63,660 nt of DNA from Gammaproteobacteria bacterium (GTDB taxonomy: Bacteria > Pseudomonadota > Gammaproteobacteria > Eutrophobiales > Eutrophobiaceae), in the NCBI GenBank assembly GCA_021773245.1, contig JAJFKK010000088.1, positions 1 through 63,660 of the forward strand, written 5' to 3'. A program made the translations under genes and the position numbers. Position 1 is the stretch's first letter, and each line of letters opens with the position of its first letter. This document shows, in pieces, positions 17,643 to 27,370 of the stretch. The notes below the pieces were generated by a model. It did no database searches, was not told the origin of the DNA, and was given only the letters and a program-made list of their open reading frames with translations.

Positions 17643-19256
17643 TTATATTAATTCATCCTGTTTGTTTATGTGCATGAAACTCAGTCTGAACGTTGTACCA
17701 CTCTCTGAGGTAGAATGTAAATTCAAGCTTGCTTGATTAGCCTCACATAATTCACGCGCAAGGTATAATCCTAAACCAGATCCTTTTGTCTCAGTTGTAA
17801 AAAAAGGCTCGAATAAGTGTTCCATTATTTTCTGCGAAATTCCCGGACCATAATCGACAATATCTATATAGGGTCGCTTTGTTTTATCACTTATATCGCA
17901 AAATAAAGTAATAAACGGTTTATCCTTGCTGTATCGAATTGCATTTTCACAGAGATTCCAAATAACTTGATGTAATTGAGAAGGATCCATCCTTACAGAA
18001 ATATTTTTTTTGTTTACTTTAAACTCGATATCCTCATTAGTTAAGTTATACCTTGCACTAAATTCACTGATGAATTTCTCAATCCAGAGTATAATATCAA
18101 ACTGCTCTGCTGTTGCCCGTCCCCTACGACTGATACTTAATACATTTTCAATAATATTATTAATACGTAATGAATGATCATTTATGATTTCTGTTAAACG
18201 TTTATCTTCTAGACTAATCGTTTCAGATTCATGTAGTAATTGTCCGGCATGATTAATCGCACCTAATGGGTTACGAACTTCATGTGCAATACTTGCAGTT
18301 AATCTACCTAATGAAGCTAATTTTAAATGTTGTGCACGCTGTCTTAAACGTGAAAAGTCTTCTAAAAAAATCAAAATTTGATAATTTGAAACAAGTGTTA
18401 ATTTAATAAATGATACTTGTAACTCAACGTCACCTTCTCTTAATTTAATAATGACATTTTGCTTGCCATCATCAATTAACCAACTGTTTATATAACTTTT
18501 CAAATAATTATCGATAAAATCGAATATTTTATTTGTGTCTTCGCCCTGCTGCCCTAATAGCTGCTTAGATGATTCATTCATAAGCAGAATATTCATATTA
18601 CTATCTAAAACTATAATTCCAGATTGCATTCGCTGAACGATGTGTTCATTTAATTTTGCTAACTCATGTATTTCTATCGCTTGCTGCTCAGCCAATGCTT
18701 CTGTTTCACGGACCCTTGCTGCCAAAAGGTTACCAATAATCGCCGTTACAAAAAAAGTCGCTCCGAGCATTCCAGCATGAATATAATTAACGGTATCGAA
18801 ATATCGGAAGAATTGAATATATAACTCATGACCCAGAACAAAAAGAGCCGCTATTGCAGCAAAGAGAATTGAAATTTTTCCTTCCCTTAAAATACTACCA
18901 CCCGCAACTGCAATAATAATCAGCAATCCAAAGCCACTGCCAAGACCGTTACTCGAGTACATCAATAAACCCAACATAACAATGTCAACTAATACATGAA
19001 TTGCAATTTGAAGGTTAAAATTTGGATTTTTTTTACGAATAAACCAGCTGAAAAGAAACGCTAAAAATAAATAGACATGACTAGTTATTGAAAAAAAACG
19101 GGAATCTAGACTTCCCAGTGGTTGGGGTAATTGGCCTACATAAACTAAAATGACAAATAAGCCGGAAAGTAACAATCGATAGGTGTTAAAATACGCTAAT
19201 GCACGCCAATCTATAGATTTAGCATTTTTTCTAATTACTGCATTAACAATGTTCAT
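17643..19256 (-). CDS. pilS: Sensor histidine kinase PilS
   Basis: 537 aa with about six N-terminal TM helices and a PAS-like region. The H-box is SIAHEVRNPLGAI. ATPase boxes are NLCENAIRY, DYGPGI and GSGLGLYL. Confidence 0.9.
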   Translation of the reverse strand: MNIVNAVIRKNAKSIDWRALAYFNTYRLLLSGLFVILVYVGQLPQPLGSLDSRFFSITSHVYLFLAFLFSWFIRKKNPNFNLQIAIHVLVDIVMLGLLMYSSNGLGSGFGLLIIIAVAGGSILREGKISILFAAIAALFVLGHELYIQFFRYFDTVNYIHAGMLGATFFVTAIIGNLLAARVRETEALAEQQAIEIHELAKLNEHIVQRMQSGIIVLDSNMNILLMNESSKQLLGQQGEDTNKIFDFIDNYLKSYINSWLIDDGKQNVIIKLREGDVELQVSFIKLTLVSNYQILIFLEDFSRLRQRAQHLKLASLGRLTASIAHEVRNPLGAINHAGQLLHESETISLEDKRLTEIINDHSLRINNIIENVLSISRRGRATAEQFDIILWIEKFISEFSARYNLTNEDIEFKVNKKNISVRMDPSQLHQVIWNLCENAIRYSKDKPFITLFCDISDKTKRPYIDIVDYGPGISQKIMEHLFEPFFTTETKGSGLGLYLARELCEANQASLNLHSTSESGTTFRLSFMHINKQDELI

Positions 19257-19435
19257 CGTATTTTGTTTTTAATATAAATTTTGGCATATTTATTGATACA
19301 AATTATACAATCTAATGAGCAAAATGAATAAAAACACAGTTTATACATTTAAAAATACAAATGTCTTAGCTATATTTAAAGAAAAGCGACAAAATTCCGA
19401 TATATACCCCAACCTAACGCTAATAAGGATATAAG

Positions 19436-20605
19436 ATGAACCTACACGAATATCAGGCTAAAAAGTTATTTGAAGATTATGGTATTCCGGTTCCACCGGG
19501 CAAACCAGCTCATTCAATCAACGAAGTTTTACGTTACGCTTCAGATTTAGGTGGCGATGAATGGGTAGTCAAGGCGCAAGTACATGCTGGTGGAAGAGGT
19601 AAAGCAGGTGGTGTAAAGCTTGTAAAAGGTCGCGAAAAACTTGAGTCTCTAGCTCGTTCGCTATTAGGAAGCCAGCTCATAACAAAACAATCCGCTCCAC
19701 ATGGGCAACCTGTCAATTGCCTGTTAATTACATCGATTTCGGAAATTGAATCAGAATTATATCTCGGCATGGTTGTCGATAGGGCAAGCCGTCGCATAGC
19801 CATTATGGCATCAACAGAAGGCGGTATGGATATTGAGGAAGTTGCAGCCACTCAACCTGAAAAAATTATTAGTGTCATCGTTGACCCTATATTAGGAATA
19901 CAGGAACACCAATGTCGTCGGATTGGGTTTGCATTAGGACTCGATTCCAAACAACGGAAACAATTGAACTCTATATTAAAAAATCTTTATGCACTTTACA
20001 TTGATAGTGATTTAAGTCTGGTTGAGATCAATCCTCTCATTATTAATGGATCAGGCGACCTTGAAGCCATAGATGCAAAAATTGGTATTGATGACAATGC
20101 TCTCTTTAGGCAACCACACCTGGAAGAATGGCGTGACCCAAGTCAGGAAGACGAGAAAGAAAGTATTGCAAAGCGATTTGACCTCAACTACATCACACTG
20201 GATGGCAATATCGCCTGCATGGTTAATGGTGCCGGACTGGCAATGGCAACCATGGATATCATTAAAATACATGGTGGTGAACCTGCGAATTTTCTTGATG
20301 TTGGAGGTGGGGCAACGGCAGAAAGAGTTGCCGAAGCTTTCAAACTCATAGTCTCCGATAGTAATGTTGAGGCAATCCTGGTCAATATCTTTGGCGGAAT
20401 TGTTCGTTGTGATCTGATAGCAGAAGGCATAATCAAAGCAGTTAAAGAAGTCGGTGTTAATGTACCAGTAGTCGTTAGACTGGAAGGAACTAAGGTTGAA
20501 GAAGGAAAAAAAGCACTTGCTGAAAGCGGGCTGACATTAATTACTGCAGATGATTTAGGTGACGCTGCCGAAAAAGCAGTTGCTGCTGTTGGAGGAAAAC
20601 AATAA
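19436..20605 (+). CDS. sucC: Succinate--CoA ligase (ADP-forming) beta subunit
   Basis: 389 aa. [13 protein letters not shown]-terminus, ATP-grasp fold, and GGIVRCD near the C-terminus. Confidence 0.96.
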   Translation: MNLHEYQAKKLFEDYGIPVPPGKPAHSINEVLRYASDLGGDEWVVKAQVHAGGRGKAGGVKLVKGREKLESLARSLLGSQLITKQSAPHGQPVNCLLITSISEIESELYLGMVVDRASRRIAIMASTEGGMDIEEVAATQPEKIISVIVDPILGIQEHQCRRIGFALGLDSKQRKQLNSILKNLYALYIDSDLSLVEINPLIINGSGDLEAIDAKIGIDDNALFRQPHLEEWRDPSQEDEKESIAKRFDLNYITLDGNIACMVNGAGLAMATMDIIKIHGGEPANFLDVGGGATAERVAEAFKLIVSDSNVEAILVNIFGGIVRCDLIAEGIIKAVKEVGVNVPVVVRLEGTKVEEGKKALAESGLTLITADDLGDAAEKAVAAVGGKQ

Positions 20606-21477
20606 TGGCTATCTTAATTAATAAGGACACAAAAGTTATTGTCCAGGGCTTTACCGGTCGTCAAGGAACATTTCATGCAGAACAGGCTATTGACTACGGG
20701 ACACAGGTTGTCGGTGGTGTCACACCAGGCAGAGGTGGCGAAACACATTTAAACCAACCCGTATTTGATACGGTTGCAGATGCTGTCGAAAAGACCGGAG
20801 CAAATGCTTCCATGATCATGGTGCCTGCCTCTTTTGCAGCTGAAGCAATAACCGAAGCTGCAGAAGCGGGAGTAGAAATAATAGTTTGTATTACTGAAGG
20901 TATCCCTGTTTTAGACATGGTAAAAGTTAGAGCGTATATCGAACAAATGCCTGGAACACGTCTAATTGGTCCAAACTGTCCGGGCTTAATCACACCTGAT
21001 CAATGCAAAATAGGAATAATGCCAGGTAGCATCCATAAGGCAGGAAGCATTGGTGTTGTCTCTCGTTCCGGTACACTTACTTACGAAGCTGTACACCAAA
21101 CTACTATGAATGGACTAGGCCAAAGTACTTGTGTTGGTATTGGTGGCGACCCAATCCACGGTATGAACTTCATAGATTGCTTGGGTCTGTTTGAGGAAGA
21201 TTCTGATACCAAAGGCATCATCATGGTTGGTGAAATAGGCGGAACAGCTGAAGAAGAAGCAGCTCAGTTTATTAAAGAAAATGTTTCTAAACCTGTCGTC
21301 GGATATATCGCTGGCGTCACTGCTCCTCCTGGTAAACGCATGGGTCATGCTGGAGCTATTATCTCCGGAGGAAAAGGAACAGCCGATGATAAGTTTGCCG
21401 CACTAGAAGAAGCCAAAGTAAAAACAGTTCGCTCACCAGGAGAACTTGGTAACGCTATTGCTGAGCGATTAGCTTAA
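20605..21477 (+). CDS. sucD: Succinate--CoA ligase alpha subunit
   Basis: 290 aa. Motifs [21 protein letters not shown] and the phosphohistidine loop GHAGAII are present. Its start abuts the sucC stop. Confidence 0.96.
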   Translation: MAILINKDTKVIVQGFTGRQGTFHAEQAIDYGTQVVGGVTPGRGGETHLNQPVFDTVADAVEKTGANASMIMVPASFAAEAITEAAEAGVEIIVCITEGIPVLDMVKVRAYIEQMPGTRLIGPNCPGLITPDQCKIGIMPGSIHKAGSIGVVSRSGTLTYEAVHQTTMNGLGQSTCVGIGGDPIHGMNFIDCLGLFEEDSDTKGIIMVGEIGGTAEEEAAQFIKENVSKPVVGYIAGVTAPPGKRMGHAGAIISGGKGTADDKFAALEEAKVKTVRSPGELGNAIAERLA

Positions 21478-21595
21478 TCAACAAGAACTACACGATCCGA
21501 TATTGATACATTTCTACAATTGAAATTAGTATCTACTTGGTAAACTCTTAAGTTATGGGTATAGTCGGCTCGTTTTCTTGTCGTTCATTGAAACT

Positions 21596-23221
21596 ATGTC
21601 AGACGATTCATTACATATCATTCTTGCCCAGCTAAATCTTACTGTCGGAGATATTGCAGGCAATACAGAAAAAATTATTACGTCTATTACTGATTCTGAG
21701 TTGAATCATAATGCCGATGTAATCATCTTTCCTGAACTTAGTATCAGCTCTTACCCCCCTGAAGATTTATTACTGCGTCCCGCTTTTAATGAATATATTT
21801 TAGCTGCCCTGGATGAAATAGTTGCAGCGAGCAAAAAAATACACGTCATCATTGGTTATCCAATAAAACAAAACGGCAATCTCTATAATGCTTGCAGCCT
21901 TATCCACGATGGAAAAATTGTAAAAACGTATTACAAGCAACATCTTCCAAATTACGGTGTATTTGATGAAAAAAGGTATTTCACTGCTGGTAATGAAACA
22001 TGTTTATTTGAAATCAAGGGAATAACTGCTGCCATTAGTATCTGTGAAGATATTTGGGTTCCTGAACCGATTCAGGATGCGGCTGATGCAGGTGCAAAAA
22101 TCATGTTTAATATAAATGCATCGCCGTATCATAAAAACAAACTTATTGAACGAGAAGATATGATCGCTAAACGCGCTCAGGATTCTAATATATATGTTAT
22201 TTATACCAATCTTGTTGGTGGTCAAGATGAACTTGTCTTTGATGGAAATTCCTTAGTCGTAAATAATGACGGAGAAACATTATTTCATGCGCCTCAATTT
22301 GAAGAGGGTCTTTTTAATGTTCATCTAAATTTGGAAGATAATAAAAAGAAAAATATCTCTAATGCTATCTTGTCTGAAGAAGAAAATATTTATAACGCAC
22401 TGGTTTTAGGTGTACGTGACTATATAAGAAAAAATAATTTTAACGGTGCATTAATTGGCTTATCTGGCGGAATTGATTCAGCTTTGACTTTATCAATTGC
22501 TGTCGATGCATTAGGTTCAGAAAATGTTGAAGTTTTGATTATGCCTTCGCGTTTTACAGCAGATATGAGTAATGATGATGCTCGTATACAGGCAAAAACA
22601 CTTGGTGTAAGTCATGAAGTCATCTCTATTGAAGAACCTTTTGAATCATTTTTAAAAGCACTTAAGCCTCGTTTTAAAGGTTTGGCCTCAGACACCACCG
22701 AGGAAAATATACAAGCACGTTGTAGAGGTATTTTGCTTATGGCTGCATCCAATAAAAGCGGAAAAATCGTATTAACAACGGGCAATAAAAGTGAAATGGC
22801 TGTTGGCTATGCCACATTATATGGTGATATGGCAGGTGGTTATGCTCCGCTTAAAGATGTATGGAAAACGTTAGTATACAAACTAGCAAAATGGCGAAAT
22901 ACGCAACAACATGTTATTCCCGAAAGAGTTATAAGCAGACCACCTAGTGCTGAATTACGCCATGACCAAGTTGATCAGGATTCATTGCCTGATTATGACA
23001 TTTTGGATCCGATTCTAGAACAATACATTGAACTTGATAAACATCCAGAACAAATTATTGAAAATGGCTATGATGCTGAAACTGTATATAAGCTAATAAG
23101 GTTAGTAGACAGGAATGAATACAAACGTAGACAGGCTGCGCCTGGCGTCAGAATAACCGAAAGAGCTTTTGGTAGGGATAGACGTTATCCAATTACATCC
23201 GGTTATATAGAAAAGAAATAG
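21596..23221 (+). CDS. nadE: Glutamine-dependent NAD+ synthetase
   Basis: N-terminal CN-hydrolase domain (ICEDIW with the catalytic Cys context). The C-terminal NAD synthase domain has an SGGIDS P-loop. The ORF track starts at TTG 21578, but ATG 21596 (MSDDSLHIILAQLN) is more plausible. Confidence 0.9.
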   Translation: MSDDSLHIILAQLNLTVGDIAGNTEKIITSITDSELNHNADVIIFPELSISSYPPEDLLLRPAFNEYILAALDEIVAASKKIHVIIGYPIKQNGNLYNACSLIHDGKIVKTYYKQHLPNYGVFDEKRYFTAGNETCLFEIKGITAAISICEDIWVPEPIQDAADAGAKIMFNINASPYHKNKLIEREDMIAKRAQDSNIYVIYTNLVGGQDELVFDGNSLVVNNDGETLFHAPQFEEGLFNVHLNLEDNKKKNISNAILSEEENIYNALVLGVRDYIRKNNFNGALIGLSGGIDSALTLSIAVDALGSENVEVLIMPSRFTADMSNDDARIQAKTLGVSHEVISIEEPFESFLKALKPRFKGLASDTTEENIQARCRGILLMAASNKSGKIVLTTGNKSEMAVGYATLYGDMAGGYAPLKDVWKTLVYKLAKWRNTQQHVIPERVISRPPSAELRHDQVDQDSLPDYDILDPILEQYIELDKHPEQIIENGYDAETVYKLIRLVDRNEYKRRQAAPGVRITERAFGRDRRYPITSGYIEKK

Positions 23222-23231
23222 AAGTGTAAAA

Positions 23232-24008
23232 CTATTTTACCTTCACATTTTTCGCGTCAAAGGCGCCGGGATGATTCGGATAATTTAATTCTAAAACTCG
23301 TAAGGCATCATCAGATAGATCTTCCATTTCCAAAACACGATAAGCTTTAGCTAGAATAGTTAATGCATCAGGAACAGCTGGTGTCCGTGGGTAATTCTCG
23401 ATGACATACCTTGCTCTGTTTACAGCAGCTACAAATGCTCCTCGACGCATATAATAATTCGCGACATGAACTTCATTTTTAGCAAGGATATTTCGTAAGT
23501 AGCGCATACGCTGCTCTGAATCGGCAACATATTCACTCTCGGGATAACGTTTAACTAACTCTGAAAATGATTGAAAAGCATTAAGAGCCGCTCCTGGATC
23601 GCGTTGTGATTCATCAGTCGGTATATAACGCTGCGTGAAACCTTTACCTTTATTAAAATTTGCTAGTCCTTTTAAATAGTATGCATAATCTACATGGACA
23701 TTTTGAGGATAAAGTTTGATAAAACGATCACTTGCTGAAACAGCAGCTTCAGGCTCCTCATTTTTGTAATACGCATAAGATAAATCCAGTAATGCCTGTT
23801 GTGCGTGAACACCGAACGGATATCTCGTTTCTAGTTTCTGATACAGTTCAACTGCTTCATCATAATCTCCAGACTCTAGCGCGCCTTTTGCTTGAGCATA
23901 AAATTGATCTGCATCCCAACCTATGGTCTCATCTTCCTTCTCATCACCACCGAAGAAAGAACAACCTGAAAGAATAAAAACCAGTAAAAATAAATTTAAA
24001 TGTCGCAT
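23232..24008 (-). CDS. bamD: Outer membrane protein assembly factor BamD
   Basis: 258 aa. Lipobox is LSGC|S. It is TPR-rich and divergent from rluD, the conserved bamD/rluD arrangement. Confidence 0.9.
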   Translation of the reverse strand: MRHLNLFLLVFILSGCSFFGGDEKEDETIGWDADQFYAQAKGALESGDYDEAVELYQKLETRYPFGVHAQQALLDLSYAYYKNEEPEAAVSASDRFIKLYPQNVHVDYAYYLKGLANFNKGKGFTQRYIPTDESQRDPGAALNAFQSFSELVKRYPESEYVADSEQRMRYLRNILAKNEVHVANYYMRRGAFVAAVNRARYVIENYPRTPAVPDALTILAKAYRVLEMEDLSDDALRVLELNYPNHPGAFDAKNVKVK

Positions 24009-24057
24009 AGTATGTAGGTTAGCCTAATCCTATCTTGAGGGCAAAAATTCAGAGCAC

Positions 24058-25011
24058 ATGAGCAAATTTGAATTACAAATCACCATACCAGATGAGTTGG
24101 CAGGGAAACGTCTTGACCAAGCATTATCAGTGCTGTGCCCAGAACATTCACGTTCAAGAATTCAATCATGGATAAAATCCGGTGAAGTAAGTGTTAATAA
24201 GCTAAATTATAAACAACGTGATGAAGTTAATTCTGGTGATATTGTTAAAATAAATGCTGAACTACAGAGTCTCGAGAAATGCCAAGCTGAGGCAATTGAT
24301 TTAAATATAATTTATGAAGACGAATCCATTATTATTATTAATAAACCGGCAGGACTCGTCGTCCATCCAGGAGCTGGCAATCCAAATCATACTTTAGTCA
24401 ATGCTCTGTTAAACTTTGATCAAAAGCTTGATACGGTACCTCGTGCCGGCATTATTCACCGCCTTGATAAAGAAACAACAGGTGTCATGGTTGTTGCAAG
24501 AACTCTTGAATCTCACACCTTCCTCGTTAACGAACTACAAGAAAGAGATATTAAACGTGAATACCAAGCAATTGTTTGTGGTCAAGTTATCGCTGGCGGG
24601 ACAATTGAAAATAAAATGGGAAGACACCCGGCTAATCGGATTAAAATGGCTGTAACTAACTCAGGCAAAGTGGCGACAACACATTACCGCGTTATTAAAA
24701 AGTTTCAACATTACACTCATCTAGATGTCCAGCTAGAAACGGGGCGAACTCATCAGATCAGAGTACACATGTCTCATCTAAAACATCCTATCGTCGGTGA
24801 TCCTGTTTATGGAAATAATAATTCCATCCGGAAAGGGGTAGATCCATCTCTAACTAACATTATTAAAAATTTTAATCGTCAAGCCTTACATGCTTATTCT
24901 CTAAAACTTACACATCCAACTTTGGGAAAGAAAATGCAGTTCACCACTGAATTGCCTGATGACATGAAGACATTACTTGAAGCTTTGAATGATTATGACA
25001 ACGCAAACTAA
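24058..25011 (+). CDS. rluD: 23S rRNA pseudouridine(1911/1915/1917) synthase RluD
   Basis: 317 aa. N-terminal S4 domain. Catalytic motif is HRLDKETTGVMVVA. The GRTHQIRVH box is present. Confidence 0.93.
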   Translation: MSKFELQITIPDELAGKRLDQALSVLCPEHSRSRIQSWIKSGEVSVNKLNYKQRDEVNSGDIVKINAELQSLEKCQAEAIDLNIIYEDESIIIINKPAGLVVHPGAGNPNHTLVNALLNFDQKLDTVPRAGIIHRLDKETTGVMVVARTLESHTFLVNELQERDIKREYQAIVCGQVIAGGTIENKMGRHPANRIKMAVTNSGKVATTHYRVIKKFQHYTHLDVQLETGRTHQIRVHMSHLKHPIVGDPVYGNNNSIRKGVDPSLTNIIKNFNRQALHAYSLKLTHPTLGKKMQFTTELPDDMKTLLEALNDYDNAN

Positions 25012-25738
25012 TAATTTATGGCTTGATGCAAACTGGCCGGCTCCCAATAATGTTCATGCTGGCACTTCTATTAGAACAGGTGGTTATAGTAAAAAGCCCT
25101 ATGGCACCTTAAATCTTGCTCTCCATGTTGGCGATGCAGCAGATAACGTTAAAAAGAATCGCTCAACGCTTAGTAAACATCTCAAATTACAATCAGAACC
25201 TGTCTGGTTAAACCAAATTCATAGCTCAAAAATTATCTCTCTTGACACTCCATCTAATAATTTGGATGCCGATGCAAGTTTGACGACAAAACGAAATAAA
25301 ATCTGCGTCGTAATGACTGCAGATTGTGTCCCTATTCTATTTTGCAATCAGAACGGCACAAAGGTCGCTGCCATTCATGCTGGCTGGAAGGGAATCTGTA
25401 ATGGAATAATTGAGAATGCAATTAAGGCTTTTTCGCAACCTCAAACAATATTAGCCTGGATTGGCCCTTGTATCGGTAAGGATTACTATGAGGTTGGAAA
25501 AGATGTCTATGAAAGCTGCTTAGGTCATTCTAGTTCACTTAAAAATGCGTTCAGACAAACTGACACTGTTCACTGGCAAGCTGATTTAACAAAAATGGCC
25601 AAAATTCTTCTTAAAAAAGCAGAAGTTGGCTCGATTCATGAATGTAGTTTATGTACATATAAAATGGATAAAATGTTCTATTCATACCGTCGTGACGGTA
25701 ATACGGGTCGAACCGCATCAATGATCTGGATGGAATAA
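24989..25738 (+). CDS. pgeF: Peptidoglycan editing factor PgeF (YfiH / DUF152 laccase-domain protein)
   Basis: 249 aa. TADCVPILF, HAGWKG and the CTY...FYSYRRD C-terminus are present. It follows rluD, as in many proteobacteria. Confidence 0.88.
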   Translation: MIMTTQTNNLWLDANWPAPNNVHAGTSIRTGGYSKKPYGTLNLALHVGDAADNVKKNRSTLSKHLKLQSEPVWLNQIHSSKIISLDTPSNNLDADASLTTKRNKICVVMTADCVPILFCNQNGTKVAAIHAGWKGICNGIIENAIKAFSQPQTILAWIGPCIGKDYYEVGKDVYESCLGHSSSLKNAFRQTDTVHWQADLTKMAKILLKKAEVGSIHECSLCTYKMDKMFYSYRRDGNTGRTASMIWME

Positions 25739-25795
25739 TAACAATTTTAGTCTACGCTTTATGTGAAGAAGTAATAATAATCAGGGAGAAGCAGA

Positions 25796-27220
25796 ATGGG
25801 GCATGAGAACAATAAGTCATTAAGCTTTAGTGAAAGCGTAAATTTTATGGTCGACCGCGCTTTAACTGTTCTTAATATTGATGAAGGCATATCTGCGGCA
25901 ATTAAAGCCTGCAATACCACTATAAAAATTAGTTTCCCTGTAGAAATAAACGGCAAACTTGAAGTATTTACCGGTTGGCGCTCCGTCCACAGTAGTCATC
26001 GCTTACCAGCAAAAGGCGGTATACGTTACGCCCCAATCGTCAACGAAGACGAAGTAGAAGCGCTCGCTTCATTGATGACTTATAAGTGTGCCATTGTTGA
26101 TGTTCCTTTTGGCGGTTCTAAAGGCGGATTATTAATCGACCCTTCCAGATATACACGTGATGATTTACAAAGAATTACTCGACGTTTCGCACGTGAACTT
26201 ATCCGTAAAGGGTTTCTCAGTCCTGCCACAAACGTACCTGCACCCGATATGGGGACAGGTGAAAGAGAAATGGCATGGATTGCGGATACGTATAAACATT
26301 TACATCCAGAAGATATCAATTATTCAGCATGCGTCACTGGTAAACCCGTTGCCCATGGTGGTATCCGCGGCAGAACTGAAGCGACAGGTCGCGGTGTCGT
26401 TTATGCCATACGTGAATTCTTTCGAAACGCAGACGATGTTCAAGCAGCAGGTCTAAAACCTGGCCTTGGGGGAAAACGCATCGTCATTCAAGGCTTGGGA
26501 AATGTAGGTTACTACGCTGCCAAACTATTGGAAGAAGAGGATGAAAGCAAAATCATAGCGATTATAGAACGCGATGGCGTTTTAACTAATGACGAAGGTC
26601 TAAGTATTGAAAATGTTCGCCAACATATAAACGAACATAAAACGATAAAAGGATTTCCCGACGCAACATTCTCTGAAAATGGTGCTGCTGGCTTGGAAAT
26701 TGAGTGTGATATTTTAATCCCCGCCGCTATGGAAGCACAAATCACAAAAGAAAACGCTGAAAATATTAAAACTAAATTAATTGTTGAGGCGGCAAATGGC
26801 CCCGTCACATTTGAAGCGGATGACATTTTACGAAACCGAAATATCACTATTTTGCCAGATGCTTATGTTAACGCAGGTGGTGTTACTGTTTCCTATTTTG
26901 AGTGGGTACGTAATTTAGCTCATATCCGTTTTGGCCGTATGGAAAGACGACATGATGAAATACGCGGTGCAAAAATGTTACAAGCTTTGGAAACTTTGTC
27001 TGGTAAACAAGCTGAAGATTGGATGCAGAAAGAAATTGTTTACGGTGCTGATGAATTGGACTTGGTTAGATCCGGTCTCGATGACACCATGCGTAACAGC
27101 TACCAACAATTAAAAGAAGTATTGGATTCGAATGATAAAGTCAGTGATTTTAGAACTGCATCTTATGTCGTAGCAATTCAAAAATTAGTACGTTCATATA
27201 TTGATATCGGTGTCTATTAA
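25796..27220 (+). CDS. Glu/Leu/Phe/Val-family amino-acid dehydrogenase (probable glutamate dehydrogenase)
   Basis: 474 aa. The catalytic Lys box is VPFGGSKGG. The Rossmann motif is QGLGNVGYYAA. An AGGGAGA RBS lies upstream. Confidence 0.88.
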   Translation: MGHENNKSLSFSESVNFMVDRALTVLNIDEGISAAIKACNTTIKISFPVEINGKLEVFTGWRSVHSSHRLPAKGGIRYAPIVNEDEVEALASLMTYKCAIVDVPFGGSKGGLLIDPSRYTRDDLQRITRRFARELIRKGFLSPATNVPAPDMGTGEREMAWIADTYKHLHPEDINYSACVTGKPVAHGGIRGRTEATGRGVVYAIREFFRNADDVQAAGLKPGLGGKRIVIQGLGNVGYYAAKLLEEEDESKIIAIIERDGVLTNDEGLSIENVRQHINEHKTIKGFPDATFSENGAAGLEIECDILIPAAMEAQITKENAENIKTKLIVEAANGPVTFEADDILRNRNITILPDAYVNAGGVTVSYFEWVRNLAHIRFGRMERRHDEIRGAKMLQALETLSGKQAEDWMQKEIVYGADELDLVRSGLDDTMRNSYQQLKEVLDSNDKVSDFRTASYVVAIQKLVRSYIDIGVY

Positions 27221-27305
27221 CTACAAGGCGAAGACTATCCATTCATTGCTCGTATTGAAATTCCCATTGATCCAGATCGACAGACCTTTTTTAATGCCCT
27301 GAAAA

Positions 27306-27332
27306 CTTGAAGTACGGAATTTCGCCCCAAAT
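27306..27332 (+). promoter_or_regulatory. Sigma-32 heat-shock promoter of clpB
   Basis: CTTGAA-N13-CCCCAAAT compares well with the consensus CTTGAAA-N13-15-CCCCATNT. It lies about 40 bp upstream of the clpB ATG. Confidence 0.7.
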
Positions 27333-27370
27333 TAAATAGAACATATTTAATTAGCAACAGGATAGCTGTT

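Noticed and set aside
19282-19297. Sigma-54-like TGGCAT-N5-TTGA upstream of sucC
   Set aside because: The spacing is right, but the essentially invariant -12 GC is GA here. sucCD is not an expected RpoN target. AT-rich intergenic DNA yields such near-matches by chance.
23225-23243. GTAAAA-cta-TTTTAC mini-hairpin between convergent nadE and bamD as a bidirectional terminator
   Set aside because: It is only 6 A/T-rich base pairs and overlaps the bamD stop codon. It is too weak to call.
25759-25956. 65-aa minus-strand ORF over the gdh start
   Set aside because: It is antisense to the strongly supported dehydrogenase gene and its RBS.
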